From a virus: a stretch of DNA of 64,000 bases. Location: the IMG/VR virus record IMGVR_UViG_3300017971_000027, positions 19,797 to 83,796 of that record. One strand, given 5' to 3'. Position numbers and translations under genes: made by a program. The notes under the pieces were generated by a model. It worked only from the letters and a program-made list of their open reading frames with translations. It searched no databases and was not told where the DNA came from. Of the stretch, positions 34,940-45,810 are shown one piece after another (position 1 is the stretch's first letter; each line of letters begins with the position of its first letter).

Positions 34940-36489
34940 GCTGGGATGTCAGATGCACTGGACCCCATCGCCTTTATGATCTGCTTATCGAGAATATAGG
35001 TAACGCACCTGTCCTCAGCAGATCGCATTCCACGTCCTACTCCCTGTATTACGGTCTGTATCATGTTCGACCGATACCACAACTCTCCAATCTTACCACC
35101 CCCATATAGCCGGTTACTGGTTAACTTGTCGCCCAAATTTAAGAACGGTGCCTTGGCCCATATTATGAACCGGCACTTGTCTTCCTCGAGACTGACTCCG
35201 CGCTCGGTACTCGGGCTTACCAGAACGAGCGGTTGGCTTGATTCCATGAACATCTCGACTTGTGCAATCCGGTTTTGCGCATCGTGCGTTATCAGTCGGT
35301 CGCTGTGTATCCGGTCCATAATATCGTTTGCGACTCGATAACTGGTTGTGTGAATCAGTCCCTTCTCGTTCGGGTGCTTATCCATAACCTGTCGAATACC
35401 AGCAACCAGTTTGTCGATCTCTTCATCGTGCGTCTTCTTTGTCATATTCGCGCATGGCTTAAATATAACCGGTCGACGTTTCGGATCAAAATTCGACGGC
35501 ACGTACATGTAATCTATGTCGCCAACATTCAGTCCGTTCAGCTTTGCCAGAGATGGCATCGGTTCCATAGTCGCGGACATTAGCACAAACTTCAGCCCGT
35601 GTCGAAAGAAATATTGATAAGCCAACTCTTCACTGACCCACGTTGGCCTGAATAGGTAGCCACCCATTCTTTCGCGGTCGAATATCCATGTACCGTCTAC
35701 ATGTTTCTCGAACATTTCCAGCTTACCCATCAGACCATCGAGCCGTTTCTTCATCTTATTCTCGGCAGCGACTTTTTTCTGCGGGTCTTTATACCGTCTT
35801 CCGACCTCGGAGATGATGCTCGGACCTCTCTGAATAACTGCAACGCCAACTTCTTCGGCCCATTCTTTCCAACAAGCCAGCCCGTTCTTCTCGGTCGGGG
35901 TCACATATTTCGGCTCCTCGATACCGAGCGACTTGATCAGCTTGAACGGAAGCTGGAGCGAGATGAACCCGCTTAAAATCCGTTCCAGCGTATCGGATTC
36001 GTCACAGATGATAACATCTCGACCGGACATACGACCGACGTAATTACACTCAAACAGAAAGTAGTCGTAATTCAGTATACCGAGCGAGTTACCCAGCACT
36101 TTCTGTTTCGCAGTTTCATATGGACAGTAACTGAACCTGAATTCGCACGGTGTAGCTTTCGAGTGCATACACTCAGCAGCTGTTCCGAGAGGGTTCTGAA
36201 GACAAGCATAATTCGACCGGCCCCACAACTTGTCGGCTTCGGGAAAATCGTCGATGATCTGCTGTTGTAGATGTCTTGTATGGCATAGATAGAACATGTT
36301 GCCAGACATCTGACCGGTCACCATTCCTATGAGAGATTTACCGGCACCGGTAGGGGCTTCGATACAGACTATAGGCTTGTCGGACTCGAATGCGAACTCG
36401 ACTGCTTCTTGTTGGTATGGTCTGAAATCTCTGTTCCGAAACTTCGCAAATACGTTCTTATGATGTATCGGGCTTGTACTCGGATTCAT
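34912..36489 (-). CDS. DinG/XPD-family SF2 helicase
   Basis: FRPYQ, APTGAGKS, Fe-S cysteines, ICDE, MSAT, QGVGRGMRSAEDRC..YILD. Confidence 0.88.
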   Translation of the reverse strand: MNPSTSPIHHKNVFAKFRNRDFRPYQQEAVEFAFESDKPIVCIEAPTGAGKSLIGMVTGQMSGNMFYLCHTRHLQQQIIDDFPEADKLWGRSNYACLQNPLGTAAECMHSKATPCEFRFSYCPYETAKQKVLGNSLGILNYDYFLFECNYVGRMSGRDVIICDESDTLERILSGFISLQLPFKLIKSLGIEEPKYVTPTEKNGLACWKEWAEEVGVAVIQRGPSIISEVGRRYKDPQKKVAAENKMKKRLDGLMGKLEMFEKHVDGTWIFDRERMGGYLFRPTWVSEELAYQYFFRHGLKFVLMSATMEPMPSLAKLNGLNVGDIDYMYVPSNFDPKRRPVIFKPCANMTKKTHDEEIDKLVAGIRQVMDKHPNEKGLIHTTSYRVANDIMDRIHSDRLITHDAQNRIAQVEMFMESSQPLVLVSPSTERGVSLEEDKCRFIIWAKAPFLNLGDKLTSNRLYGGGKIGELWYRSNMIQTVIQGVGRGMRSAEDRCVTYILDKQIIKAMGSSASDIPAWFKEAITI

Positions 36490-38461
36490 GCACCTTTTTC
36501 CCTTTGCTATGCTCGTCGTTCCACACACTACAATCATGTTGCTCGCACACGTATAACCAGTCCGTGTACTTGCTCCGACCTTTCGGCCAGCGGTACCGAG
36601 CTACTGCCGGTTCGTCACAATCATCGGTATCCACGTTACCATCAACATGAGAGCCATAATCACATCGATGTGTTATCAGGTCCTGTCTCTCTATCTTCCT
36701 CAGTTTCTTCACGTTTCTTGCGTTCCCTCTCTTCCATCCATTGTATCCAATACGGCTCAAGACTGGCAAGCATAAACGATACAAACAACACGCCCCATGT
36801 CGGAGCCACAACCCATATCCAGTGCCAGCCTATATTGCCCGTAAGTTTCAGTATCAGAAACGCCATCTGTAACATTAAAAAGTAGGACGGCGCATTGCTA
36901 TTCGCTTCATTCATCTTCCACTCCTGTTTGCAGGTTATGGATAGACTCGTTCATCCTGTCGATAGTCTCCGATAAACGGTCCATCTTTTTCGATGGGTCG
37001 CCCTTGGTCTGTGCCATCTTTTTCTGTAGCTCGGCAGCATACTGGGCCAACTCCAACCTGCGTTCCGTCTCGCCAAGGACGGAAAGATCCCGACACGCCT
37101 TGTCAAGTTCTTTAACATCTACATTGTAATCTGATAACAGTTTCAAGAACATCCGCATACCGCATTTCAGGGCTGAGTTCCAGAACGCATTGATCGTGTG
37201 GTTGTTCCTGTTCTTCGGCGTGAACCAATCGTGCGGTGCTAGTTCAAGAACCTGATTCGCCATATCGATTGTCGTCGGGTGAATTCTTATTCGTATCTGT
37301 GAACTGTGACCGTGCTGATCGGACGTGCCGATACCCCACAGCAAATCTTTCATTAACTCTTCTCTGGTAAAATGAACATCGAATGCCGGTGGTGTTTTGC
37401 TTGTGTTTGTTTTACCCTTTTCGAGTGGCATGGACTTCTCCTTCTAACTCATTTCAATTTCTTCTGGACGCATATTAACCTCGTCCAGTGCTTCAAGAAT
37501 TTCCTCCATCACGTCCTTCATAACCGGCTCAACATCTTCTGTGTACCGTTGCGGTAAAATCCTTTCGAATTTCTCGAGCGCATTGTTTGCCAATGTTGAA
37601 TACCGGTAATATTTCTCCAGCGACGTCATCGACCGGATCAATGCCTCGCACCGAGTGAGGTCTTGATCAAAGACATTAAACTCCATCATTCGAAAGAGAA
37701 CAATCAGGCCCATGATATAAACGGTGCCATGAAACTCTTCAAAGTTATCGAAGTACCCGTCAGGAAGTTTTCTGTAAGCGTCCTTGATGGTTGCGTCGAG
37801 TTGTTTTGTGAGATGCATTCTCACATGAACGGGCCAGTCAGCGTTCCTTCTATTGTATTTTGTCTTTCGTGCTGACGGTTGCGCGAGCATCCATACCTCT
37901 TGCAGGAAATCAAAGAACCCGTCATAAGTATATGTATCTTCTTCGCTGGTCCGCAACGGTAGCGGTTTTAGCTTTTGGCCTTGTGTTCTTTTCTTAGTTT
38001 TTCGACCTCGCTTTTTACTTTTGACCCCACGTTGTCGCCCAGCGTCCACAGGCTTTTCACCCCCTGATTGTTTCCTTTCTGGCATTTCAACACACCTCTT
38101 GATATTAGCGATTTTGTTAGCGACTGCGACGAGAATGATTGTGAATCGAACATCCTATTAAAGTCAGCTCGTCCAAACGGTATCCAATCAGAGCCGGTAC
38201 CAATCATGCATTCAATGATAAACCTGACGAAAGTCTCAGCTCGAGTGATAAGTCTCCAGTCGCGACCTGTCTTCTCACTGACTGATCTCGATATCTCGAT
38301 ACTGAGCGGTTTCCATTGCGAGTGCGCGAACGCAAACGAGTTGAACCTTTTTATCTCGTCGGCAGATAGACTTCTGTTCTGGACAAGAGCAACGATAGCA
38401 TCTTTGCTCGGCAGATCGCATTTCACCTCAATCGGCTCGTCGGCTATATCAACATGCATTC

Positions 38462-39250
38462 TCATAGGTTAATCGCCTCTTGTTTCTGTATCGCGAGAGG
38501 AGCCAATACCGGACCCCAATCCTCCAATTTTCCATCGTAAACGTCGAACCAGACAAACCCGAAGTGTACCGTGCCAGAACAGAGACGTGAGCCGAAACGC
38601 GAACCTTGACCCTGTAGGGCTGGCGTTGTCATACCGAGCCATATCTTTTCACCAGCACCGTCAGGACCGCCACAGAATTGATGGTAGTGGACGTGTGACC
38701 TGATGATCACATCGGCTTTTGGAGACGCACCATGCTTCGACCATTCGTCGTTCCATATTTTCTCTCGAGCCGTGGCCGTATGTCGACCGTATGGTACCGA
38801 GCTGGACGATATTGCGTGTTTAGCGTCAAAGCAGACACCTTCGATATTGAACCATGCGTGGTCTTTACAGGCTTTTGCATTGACGTTTTGTGCTATGACG
38901 TTTTCAAAGTCTTCTTTCGTGCCGGTGTGGTATGGTGTTCCTTTGATAATACCGACATTCTTACACTCGGCGACTTCGATTGCCTCGACTGCCATCTCGC
39001 ACTGGACAAGCCGGTCAGTTGTAATCAGCTCGACACTACCGGAACGATCTCCTCGCCCGTCGATACAGTCACCGTTAACGAGCAGCGCGTTCACCGGTCG
39101 CATAGCTTTCATCTTGCGGACATAGAAGTCGTACAGCTCCGCTTGAGTATCGTTCTGTTGCCATGCCGGTGGAGTGAGACCTACTACATGACCGCAGTGA
39201 AGGTCCGAAATAACTACTACCCGTTTGTGTCTACCATTTCGCTTGTGCAT
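38462..39250 (-). CDS. Calcineurin-like metallophosphoesterase
   Basis: SDLHCG, NGDCIDG, GTPYH, RSHVH. Confidence 0.8.
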   Translation of the reverse strand: MHKRNGRHKRVVVISDLHCGHVVGLTPPAWQQNDTQAELYDFYVRKMKAMRPVNALLVNGDCIDGRGDRSGSVELITTDRLVQCEMAVEAIEVAECKNVGIIKGTPYHTGTKEDFENVIAQNVNAKACKDHAWFNIEGVCFDAKHAISSSSVPYGRHTATAREKIWNDEWSKHGASPKADVIIRSHVHYHQFCGGPDGAGEKIWLGMTTPALQGQGSRFGSRLCSGTVHFGFVWFDVYDGKLEDWGPVLAPLAIQKQEAINL

Positions 39251-39801
39251 TTATCACCTTTCAACACGTTGTATGCTTTGACCAGTCTGTCCAATGCCCA
39301 TCGTTCACACGCTTGCCGGTTCCGGTTCGCGTAGACGTGAATCCCGTTTCGAACGTTGCAGCTTACCAGAAACCCGCGTACATGTTCAGGTGTAATCCTA
39401 CCTCCGTACACCTGTGGCGCAACCAAGTCACTTTCGTTAGCTTCAATCAAAAGACCGGCAAAAAACATGGATTGTAAAATCTCTCGTTTCCTGTCGGTCT
39501 TCTTTCTCTCCTTGCCCACATAGCTTAGAAAGTCGCTTACTCTTTTTCTCTCGATACCTATCTGATTCTCGTACCCCTCGACCGTGTAATCGATAGCGGT
39601 CGGACATGTGACACACTTGATTTCGAGACCTTTGTAGAGGCCTTTCTTGAGTATAATATGATCGCCTTTCTGGAGACGATGGTCTACAAACAATGGCAAC
39701 TGCTCTCTGGAATCTATCAACAAGACAAACCCCTCTGGCAGCTTGGTGGGTTTATACTTGATTCTCGATGTTTTGATTCGTTGGTTCGATCTGGTTAACA
39801 T
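39217..39801 (-). CDS. ERCC4-domain nuclease
   Basis: IDSREQ...DY...IERKRVSD. Confidence 0.8.
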   Translation of the reverse strand: MLTRSNQRIKTSRIKYKPTKLPEGFVLLIDSREQLPLFVDHRLQKGDHIILKKGLYKGLEIKCVTCPTAIDYTVEGYENQIGIERKRVSDFLSYVGKERKKTDRKREILQSMFFAGLLIEANESDLVAPQVYGGRITPEHVRGFLVSCNVRNGIHVYANRNRQACERWALDRLVKAYNVLKGDKCTSEMVDTNG

Positions 39802-39888
39802 GCATCCTTCTTACTCACACCTTATAATGACTTGCTGGGGGCCGAACTGGCTAAGTAGTCCGACCCCCAGCATATTAGAAGCTAACGG

Positions 39889-40452
39889 TTACCCCCAATC
39901 TTCTCCGTCACCTTCACCTTCACCGGTATCGTCGTCGGCAGTATCGAACATGCCATCGACATACGGTTTGACCGTTGACGACATTGCAGGGAACACCCCG
40001 TTGTCGTTCTCGTCCTCTTTAAGGTATGTTGCAACCTTATTGTCAGGGACGCGAATTGTCAACAGACTCGCGATGCCTTCGTCAAACCAGCTATCGGCAT
40101 CGTCGTGTTCTGCAATAATCAGGTCATGCAGAGAGTTTCCATCAGCGTCTTTGATGTTAGCGACGATATTCGCGACCGCTGTTTCGTTGTTTTTTGCCCA
40201 CGCTTCGTCAGCCAGTTCATCTTTGGCGTGGTTGATGTTCCCGATAACCTTGCGACCGATGTACTGTTCGTTTTCTTCCAACTCACAGTCGCATATCTCG
40301 GCTTCGAAGTGGAACCGTCCCTGACATGCTTTCGTGTCAGCTTCGACGTATTCGAACTTCTTAAACAGGATACCGTAGTTGCCTGCGCCACCCTCGAAGC
40401 TCGCACCACCGCCACCATACTGCGCGTTCTCTTGTCCTCTTGGTAGAGCCAT
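39889..40452 (-). CDS. Putative single-stranded DNA-binding protein
   Basis: Acidic tail ending EDWG; located near the Sak4-like and Cas4-like recombination genes. Confidence 0.5.
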   Translation of the reverse strand: MALPRGQENAQYGGGGASFEGGAGNYGILFKKFEYVEADTKACQGRFHFEAEICDCELEENEQYIGRKVIGNINHAKDELADEAWAKNNETAVANIVANIKDADGNSLHDLIIAEHDDADSWFDEGIASLLTIRVPDNKVATYLKEDENDNGVFPAMSSTVKPYVDGMFDTADDDTGEGEGDGEDWG

Positions 40453-41115
40453 TTCAGATTCTCCTTCTGTGTATTCTACCTGTTACCTGTTGACCACTTG
40501 AGTTGTGACTGTCCGAGCCACTTACCCACGTCATGACTACCAAGTCACAACGATTTGCCGTGCGGACCATGACCGATGACCCGCACTTATAACATTCTTC
40601 ACGCCATATATCACCCCTTTCTGAAAAACAATGCGAACACGAGACATGGGTAAGACTATGAGGTTGATTGCTCTTCCGCTTTGTCCTTGGAGTAGCGAGA
40701 CAGGAACACGTTGATGTGTTCTACCATGCTGTCGTAACACTTTCTGCACATGTCGGGGAAGTTCTTGCTGACGTCAGCTCGGCCACCAATTCCACCCGCG
40801 AATTGAACACTGATACTCGCGTTCTGGAAGTAGTCGCCTGTACACTCTTTCCCGCACCTGTCACACCGTACTATTTCTTCTCTACTCATTCGTCCGCTCC
40901 TTAGTCTAACGCTTTGTAAATAGCCAAGCACACTAATGCAAACACGCCTAATCCCAGCACTACCAACCAAGGTATCCATATCGGCGACATCACACGCCAC
41001 CACGACCAATTCGCAACTCGACCGACTTCGCCAAGCTTCATGCCTATGAACATGATGTTCAACGCACCGAGATACCCTAACCCAGCAAAGTTGATGTTAG
41101 GTTTATTCTTCATCA

Positions 41116-41979
41116 TCACGCTCCTTTCAACTCTCCGCTCGACATCTTCAACACCGCGCTGATATCCAGCGGACCGCCCACCGGCTTCACATTACCATCT
41201 TCATCGCGCTGATGAACTCCAGCCCACTTACACGTAAACCGACCTTTGACTTTCGGGTGTTCCGAGAAGTATACCATAGGAGGAAACTTCTGGACCCTGC
41301 GTTTAATACCTTTCGCATCTTCGATCATCGTGAAGCTCTTACGAACCAGACCGATCAGGTCATACGCCTGTGGCATGTTCCGAGGATACTCCTGACCTTT
41401 AAGTAACGGTCCTGCGAAGACCTCGTCGTCCCATTTGGGATTCTCCTGCAAACCAGCCATACAGATTACAACCTTGCCGTGTTTACGAGCCAGAATCCCA
41501 AGGTTGTGGTCGAGTCGTCGCATCCAGCCGGAAAGTGCGCCGTACCCTTCGAGAGAAGTCTTCACGCGAGTTGTGATAGGTTTCTTCGAGTTAGGACTGG
41601 CTTCCGCACCTTCGTCTTCAATCTCGCGACCAAGCAGCTCGTTCATGATATAGCTGTGTGAGTCGATTATTATGCTGTTGAACCCCTCGAACTTTTCTGG
41701 CCGAGAGATACTGTGGAAGAAATCGAGCCACGTTTCCGGTTCCATGAACGCAACCTTGGTTGTATCCACACCGGACGCTATCACGTTATCGCGTACAGGC
41801 CGTTTCTCAAGACCTACATAGAGGCACGGTTTTGGGGCGGTCGCGATTGACGATGTCGTCTTGCCACCACCGGTCTCGCCGTACAGGAAGATCATCTTCC
41901 CGCCAGATTCCAAATCCTCGAATTTCTTGATCGGGACATCTTTCGCACCGTGGGCTTGTTTCTTTTTTGCTTTAGCCAT
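41116..41979 (-). CDS. AAA_24/Sak4-like ATPase (recombinase)
   Basis: FLYGETGGGKTT, IIIDS, YGAL, YDLIG. Confidence 0.8.
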   Translation of the reverse strand: MAKAKKKQAHGAKDVPIKKFEDLESGGKMIFLYGETGGGKTTSSIATAPKPCLYVGLEKRPVRDNVIASGVDTTKVAFMEPETWLDFFHSISRPEKFEGFNSIIIDSHSYIMNELLGREIEDEGAEASPNSKKPITTRVKTSLEGYGALSGWMRRLDHNLGILARKHGKVVICMAGLQENPKWDDEVFAGPLLKGQEYPRNMPQAYDLIGLVRKSFTMIEDAKGIKRRVQKFPPMVYFSEHPKVKGRFTCKWAGVHQRDEDGNVKPVGGPLDISAVLKMSSGELKGA

Positions 41980-42302
41980 TTCGCACCTTCCATTCTTGTT
42001 CCCATATGTCTCTGAGAATTCGCCTCGCCCCACCATCAACAACTTCGTGTGGACACATGTAGTTGTCAGCCATACCCGAGTCTGCTATATTATCGTACTT
42101 GACGGGTATATCACCAAGCACCTCAGATAGGAATTCCGCAACCGCTTCAGACTTCGGCCCACCACTATCATGATAATCGTCACCATACACAGCGATACAT
42201 TCGCCGTTGAGATGCACTGACACGCATAATAGGTCACACATGCATTCAGGATCTTCGTCTCTATCGTGATGATGAATTACTTTGATAGTTGGTCTTTCCA
42301 TC

Positions 42303-43307
42303 TCACACCTTCTTCCTGTATTCGTACAGCTCCTCGTTCACACCATCTCCATCACAGATTTCTAAATAGTCGCACGGGTAGTTGACGCCGTATAGTTGAC
42401 ACCCACTCCTGTTACGCACCCATTCTCCACGTCTAGCACAACCTCGTATATCTCCTGCCAGCGCAGTGTATCGGGCAACCTCAGCTTCAAGGTCAAACTC
42501 GTGCCGGTAAAACATTCGACCAAACTCAGAGCCACCTCGGTAACCGGGGAAGTAGTGTTTCGGTTTCGCGAGAATATCAGCCCTGACACGAGCCATAAAC
42601 TCTTCATGTTCTTCGTCCTTGCGTTTCCGCATCCGTGCCGGTGAACGTACAACCTGCATCGTACAGGTCTCGGCTTCTGGCCAGAGCAGGAAGTATGTCC
42701 CGATCTGGTTGTTCAGGTAGTGAACGTTGAAGAACCGGTCTGGCGACATGCTGAACTTCCGTTCGACGAAATCGCTATAGTATATTGACCGGCCATCATA
42801 GACCGCCTTTATAAACGGGCCTTCCGGTACGATTTGTTTTTCGACTTCGCATTGAGATTGATAATCACCAACACCGACATCGAGTCCGAGATGGTTCGCT
42901 GCGTCAACGACCGCCTCTACCATTGCAACAAACTTATCTGGCAGGTGCAGTTCAGCGCAGTATACCCTGTCAACTTGAAGTACGGCGTTTTCAGTCCCAT
43001 CACAGTAATCGTTACACGCTTTGTCCCATACAAGTCCCATACGCATAGCTGAAGATTTGTACTGAATCTTCTTTTTAATCCCGCAGATGTATCGCAGGTA
43101 GTATGCGTATCGGCACCGCTGCCAGACCATAGCCTGACTGTGCGACATGCGAGGGTACCGAGTTCGAGCAGCTTCGATGCATAGAAAATGAGACGGTTTC
43201 GTGCATGTGCCGATACTGCCATTCTCGTCCTTGATATAATACTTGCATGGAGTGTTTTTGCCCTTAATCCTGTCAGGGCATGTTGCCTTGTAGATGTCTG
43301 TCAGCAT
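42303..43307 (-). CDS. PD-(D/E)XK nuclease, Cas4/AddB-like
   Basis: SHSQ..WQRC.Y.YYLRY, VYD...VERK, Q..TY, C-terminal C......C.YL.IC. Confidence 0.75.
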   Translation of the reverse strand: MLTDIYKATCPDRIKGKNTPCKYYIKDENGSIGTCTKPSHFLCIEAARTRYPRMSHSQAMVWQRCRYAYYLRYICGIKKKIQYKSSAMRMGLVWDKACNDYCDGTENAVLQVDRVYCAELHLPDKFVAMVEAVVDAANHLGLDVGVGDYQSQCEVEKQIVPEGPFIKAVYDGRSIYYSDFVERKFSMSPDRFFNVHYLNNQIGTYFLLWPEAETCTMQVVRSPARMRKRKDEEHEEFMARVRADILAKPKHYFPGYRGGSEFGRMFYRHEFDLEAEVARYTALAGDIRGCARRGEWVRNRSGCQLYGVNYPCDYLEICDGDGVNEELYEYRKKV

Positions 43308-43627
43308 GCGCTCATAAGCCTATTGGCAAGTCTTTGCAGCAATCCAGCTCGCTTAAACATTGGACAACCGTTTGGGTTCGTGTTCACCTCGTCACAGAAT
43401 TCATTATGGTCGACCCAGTAACCATGTTCTGGATTCCAAATCGATTTCACGACGACCTCTTTACACTGTGGGCCGCAATAGTTGCTATAAAGAACGTGGT
43501 CGCATTCTATACAAGCGGACATATTAGGCATCCTCTAAGAAACGCAGGAAACGGCAGAACGATAGGTTTGAATTATACGTCCCACCGCTTCCTCGCGCTC
43601 CGTGGGGGCAACTTCGACCGAGTCGGC

Positions 43628-45115
43628 CTATAGTTCGACCGCTTCGATCTTCCTGACCATCTCAGCACGTTTACCTTCGGTCATGTTAGACATGAACTCG
43701 AAGATCTTTTCCGAGAAGCCAGCGATGCAGTAAGCTTTCCGTTCAGGGAACATCAGCTGACCATAACCCTGCAAGTCGAAACTATAGATTTCAGGGTCCG
43801 CATCGTATTTCTTGCAGTACTTGGCAAACGAGCTACGCGGGTTGCCACGCTCGTTGCCTATCCAGCCCTGCATGTCAGACAGGATAATCACCCTGTCGTA
43901 CTTCTTGTTCGCAACTTCGAAAATTGCGTGGAAGTTTGTGCCACCAGCTTTGAATTGCATATTTTCAGCCAAGGTCAACACGTTTGCACTCGGGTCCAGA
44001 TTACGGTATTGCGCGTAACTCTGGAACGTCATGAAATCAGCGTTGTTCGACTTGAATAGCACGGCTGCGAACATCGCACCAATCTCTGCCGGTGTAGGTG
44101 CTGGCTTGCCGTTAGGCTGCGTTCCACCACCCCACTGCATTGAACCGGACACGTCCAGCACGACAAGTGTGTCACCGTCGAATACCGGCACGTTCTCAAG
44201 TGCAATTTCAGCAGCGTTTCGGATAGCACCTTGGATCAATCTACGGTTGCCGATATTGACGATCTCGTGAGTGTTGTCCAGCGCAGTCTTGAACCGGAAA
44301 GGCAGAACAAGAGACTTTTTGATCTTCTCACGATCCATCAACTGCTCACATGCCATGCCGACACATTCTGGTGCCTGCTCGGCGATATTGCGCAGGTTCC
44401 GAAGCAACGCGAAATACCCAAGCTTACCTTCCTCAAGCAGCTCTTTCCATGACTGTTTCTTCAGCTCGTCGACCTGAGCCTTGGTCTTGCCTTCCTTACC
44501 AGCTTCAGTAAGTTTGGCTTCCCATGTTTCTGTTGACTTGAGATTGCCAGTCATCAGGTCACGGAACAGCTTTTCTTCCTTGCTGTCGCGAGGCTTTGGC
44601 CGAACGATGTTGAACAAGTCGACCATCGACAGCGCACGGTTCTCGCCACGGTATTTGCTCAACTTATATCTGTTGAACTTGTGGACCGCTTTGGCCAGAC
44701 CTTTCTTCAGACAGTTCGGGATCGGACGCTTACCGTAAGTAGCTTGGTAGTACGACATGATCTCAAGCATGTCGTCTGCACGACGAACGATCTTTTCAAT
44801 CGCACCGGCAGTCCAGTTTGCACCCTTCACGTTCTTAGCCAGTTCACCGGCCACAACGTGCGAAACCGAACGGAGACCGAACTCGTTACGGGCATAGATT
44901 GCAGCCTTCGCAGCGAACTGCTTGTCAGGCATAGTTGCAACCAGACCACGCAACCGAGCAATGCGGTCGTCGGCATTCTCGTAGAACATGTCTTTCAACA
45001 TGGACGTCAGAATCAGGCTCGCCAGTTCAAGCTTAGGCGACTCGGAATAACCAGAGCCACCGGCTAGGTTTGTCGTAGCTGTTTTATTTGTTACCTTTGT
45101 ATTGAATCGTGCCAT
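43628..45115 (-). CDS. rsr: Ro60/Rsr TROVE-domain protein with vWA domain
   Basis: TNLAGG, AIYARNEFGLRS, YKLSKY, TWE, GYFALLRNLRNI, LPFRF, MIDAS DVSGSM, GGTNF, ILSDMQ, GFSEKIF; GGAGGT RBS before ATG at 45115. Confidence 0.93.
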   Translation of the reverse strand: MARFNTKVTNKTATTNLAGGSGYSESPKLELASLILTSMLKDMFYENADDRIARLRGLVATMPDKQFAAKAAIYARNEFGLRSVSHVVAGELAKNVKGANWTAGAIEKIVRRADDMLEIMSYYQATYGKRPIPNCLKKGLAKAVHKFNRYKLSKYRGENRALSMVDLFNIVRPKPRDSKEEKLFRDLMTGNLKSTETWEAKLTEAGKEGKTKAQVDELKKQSWKELLEEGKLGYFALLRNLRNIAEQAPECVGMACEQLMDREKIKKSLVLPFRFKTALDNTHEIVNIGNRRLIQGAIRNAAEIALENVPVFDGDTLVVLDVSGSMQWGGGTQPNGKPAPTPAEIGAMFAAVLFKSNNADFMTFQSYAQYRNLDPSANVLTLAENMQFKAGGTNFHAIFEVANKKYDRVIILSDMQGWIGNERGNPRSSFAKYCKKYDADPEIYSFDLQGYGQLMFPERKAYCIAGFSEKIFEFMSNMTEGKRAEMVRKIEAVEL

Positions 45116-45140
45116 TACGCACCTCCTTGCCCATAAGGGC

Positions 45141-45219
45141 TTGAGAGAAAATCGAGTTCGGTTGACCAAGGGGTCAGCTAGTTTGGAGCTGATGAAGTAT
45201 CCGAACTCTCACTACCCAA
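45141..45219 (-). ncRNA. Y-RNA-like unit 5 (nearest Ro60)
   Basis: TTGGG-TAGTGA-GAGTTCGG-ATACTTC-(insert)-CCGAACTC-GATTTTCT-CTCAA. Confidence 0.75.
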
Positions 45220-45265
45220 AGACTGATTTCACATGTGCGAGGCTCAGTCATATAAGCCAAACAAG

Positions 45266-45400
45266 TGCGGAGAAAACAAAGAGAGTGTCTAATAGACTGA
45301 CCCGCGAAGGCCAGACGATTCGCATTTGTACGCAAATCTTGGATTCGAACCAAGTAACCCCGAAGGGTATTTCCGAAGTATCTCTCTTATCACTACCGCA
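45266..45400 (-). ncRNA. Y-RNA-like unit 4, with T-arm
   Basis: TGCGG-TAGTGA-TAAGAGAG-ATACTTC...CTTGG-TTCGAAT-CCAAG...CTCTCTTT-GTTTTCT-CCGCA. Confidence 0.8.
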
Positions 45401-45418
45401 AAAACTAAATTGTAAAAT

Positions 45419-45549
45419 AGGGAGAAAGTTTCGTTGGGTCTCTTACTACTTGTGTGTTTTCCAGTTTCACCACGACCACACTAGGCGGTCGACAGGATTC
45501 GAACCTGCAATCTCAAGTTCCTCTGAAGTATCCCAACGATCACTGCCCT
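45419..45549 (-). ncRNA. Y-RNA-like unit 3, YrlA-like circularly permuted tRNA
   Basis: AGGG-CAGTGA-TCGTTGGG-ATACTTC..ACTTG-AGATT-GCAGG TTCGAAT CCTGT-CGACCGC CTAGT GTGGTCG-TG-GTG AAACTGGAAAA CAC-A-CAAGT..CCCAACGA-AACTTTCT-CCCT. Confidence 0.85.
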
Positions 45550-45570
45550 GAAAATCGCACCACGAAAATA

Positions 45571-45694
45571 GAGGAGAAAATCGCAAAGAGTGTTTTTGTC
45601 GGGTATTTTTTACGAGTAACCCGTCTCGTTGCATCATGACGACTGGTTGCCCAGTCTTTCTCTGTCATAGAAGTAACTCTTTGCTCACTGCCTC
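45571..45694 (-). ncRNA. Y-RNA-like unit 2
   Basis: GAGG-CAGTGA-GCAAAGAG-TTACTTC-(two hairpins)-CTCTTTGC-GATTTTCT-CCTC. Confidence 0.75.
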
Positions 45695-45703
45695 AAAACA
45701 GGG

Positions 45704-45769
45704 TGGAGAGAAAAGTACCAAGGGTGTTTGCTTTTTCCGAAAGAAGTAACCCTTTAGCTCACTACTCCA
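45704..45769 (-). ncRNA. Y-RNA-like unit 1 (minimal)
   Basis: TGGAG-TAGTGA-GCTAAAGGG-TTACTTC-(short loop)-CCCTTGGT-ACTTTTCT-CTCCA. Confidence 0.75.
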
Positions 45770-45810
45770 AATTGCTTCAACAACATCCTTCCGTGAATTC
45801 CACTATAACC

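Noticed and set aside
43540-43627. Canonical Y RNA downstream of Ro60 (contains GTCGAAG on the minus strand)
   Set aside because: No complementary 3' strand found to form the Ro-binding stem; a 7-mer match may be chance
45141-45769. CRISPR array interpretation of the repeated units (a Cas4-like gene is nearby)
   Set aside because: Repeats are not identical, unit lengths vary about two-fold, and each unit's 5' and 3' parts pair with covariation, which fits structured RNAs; no cas1/cas2
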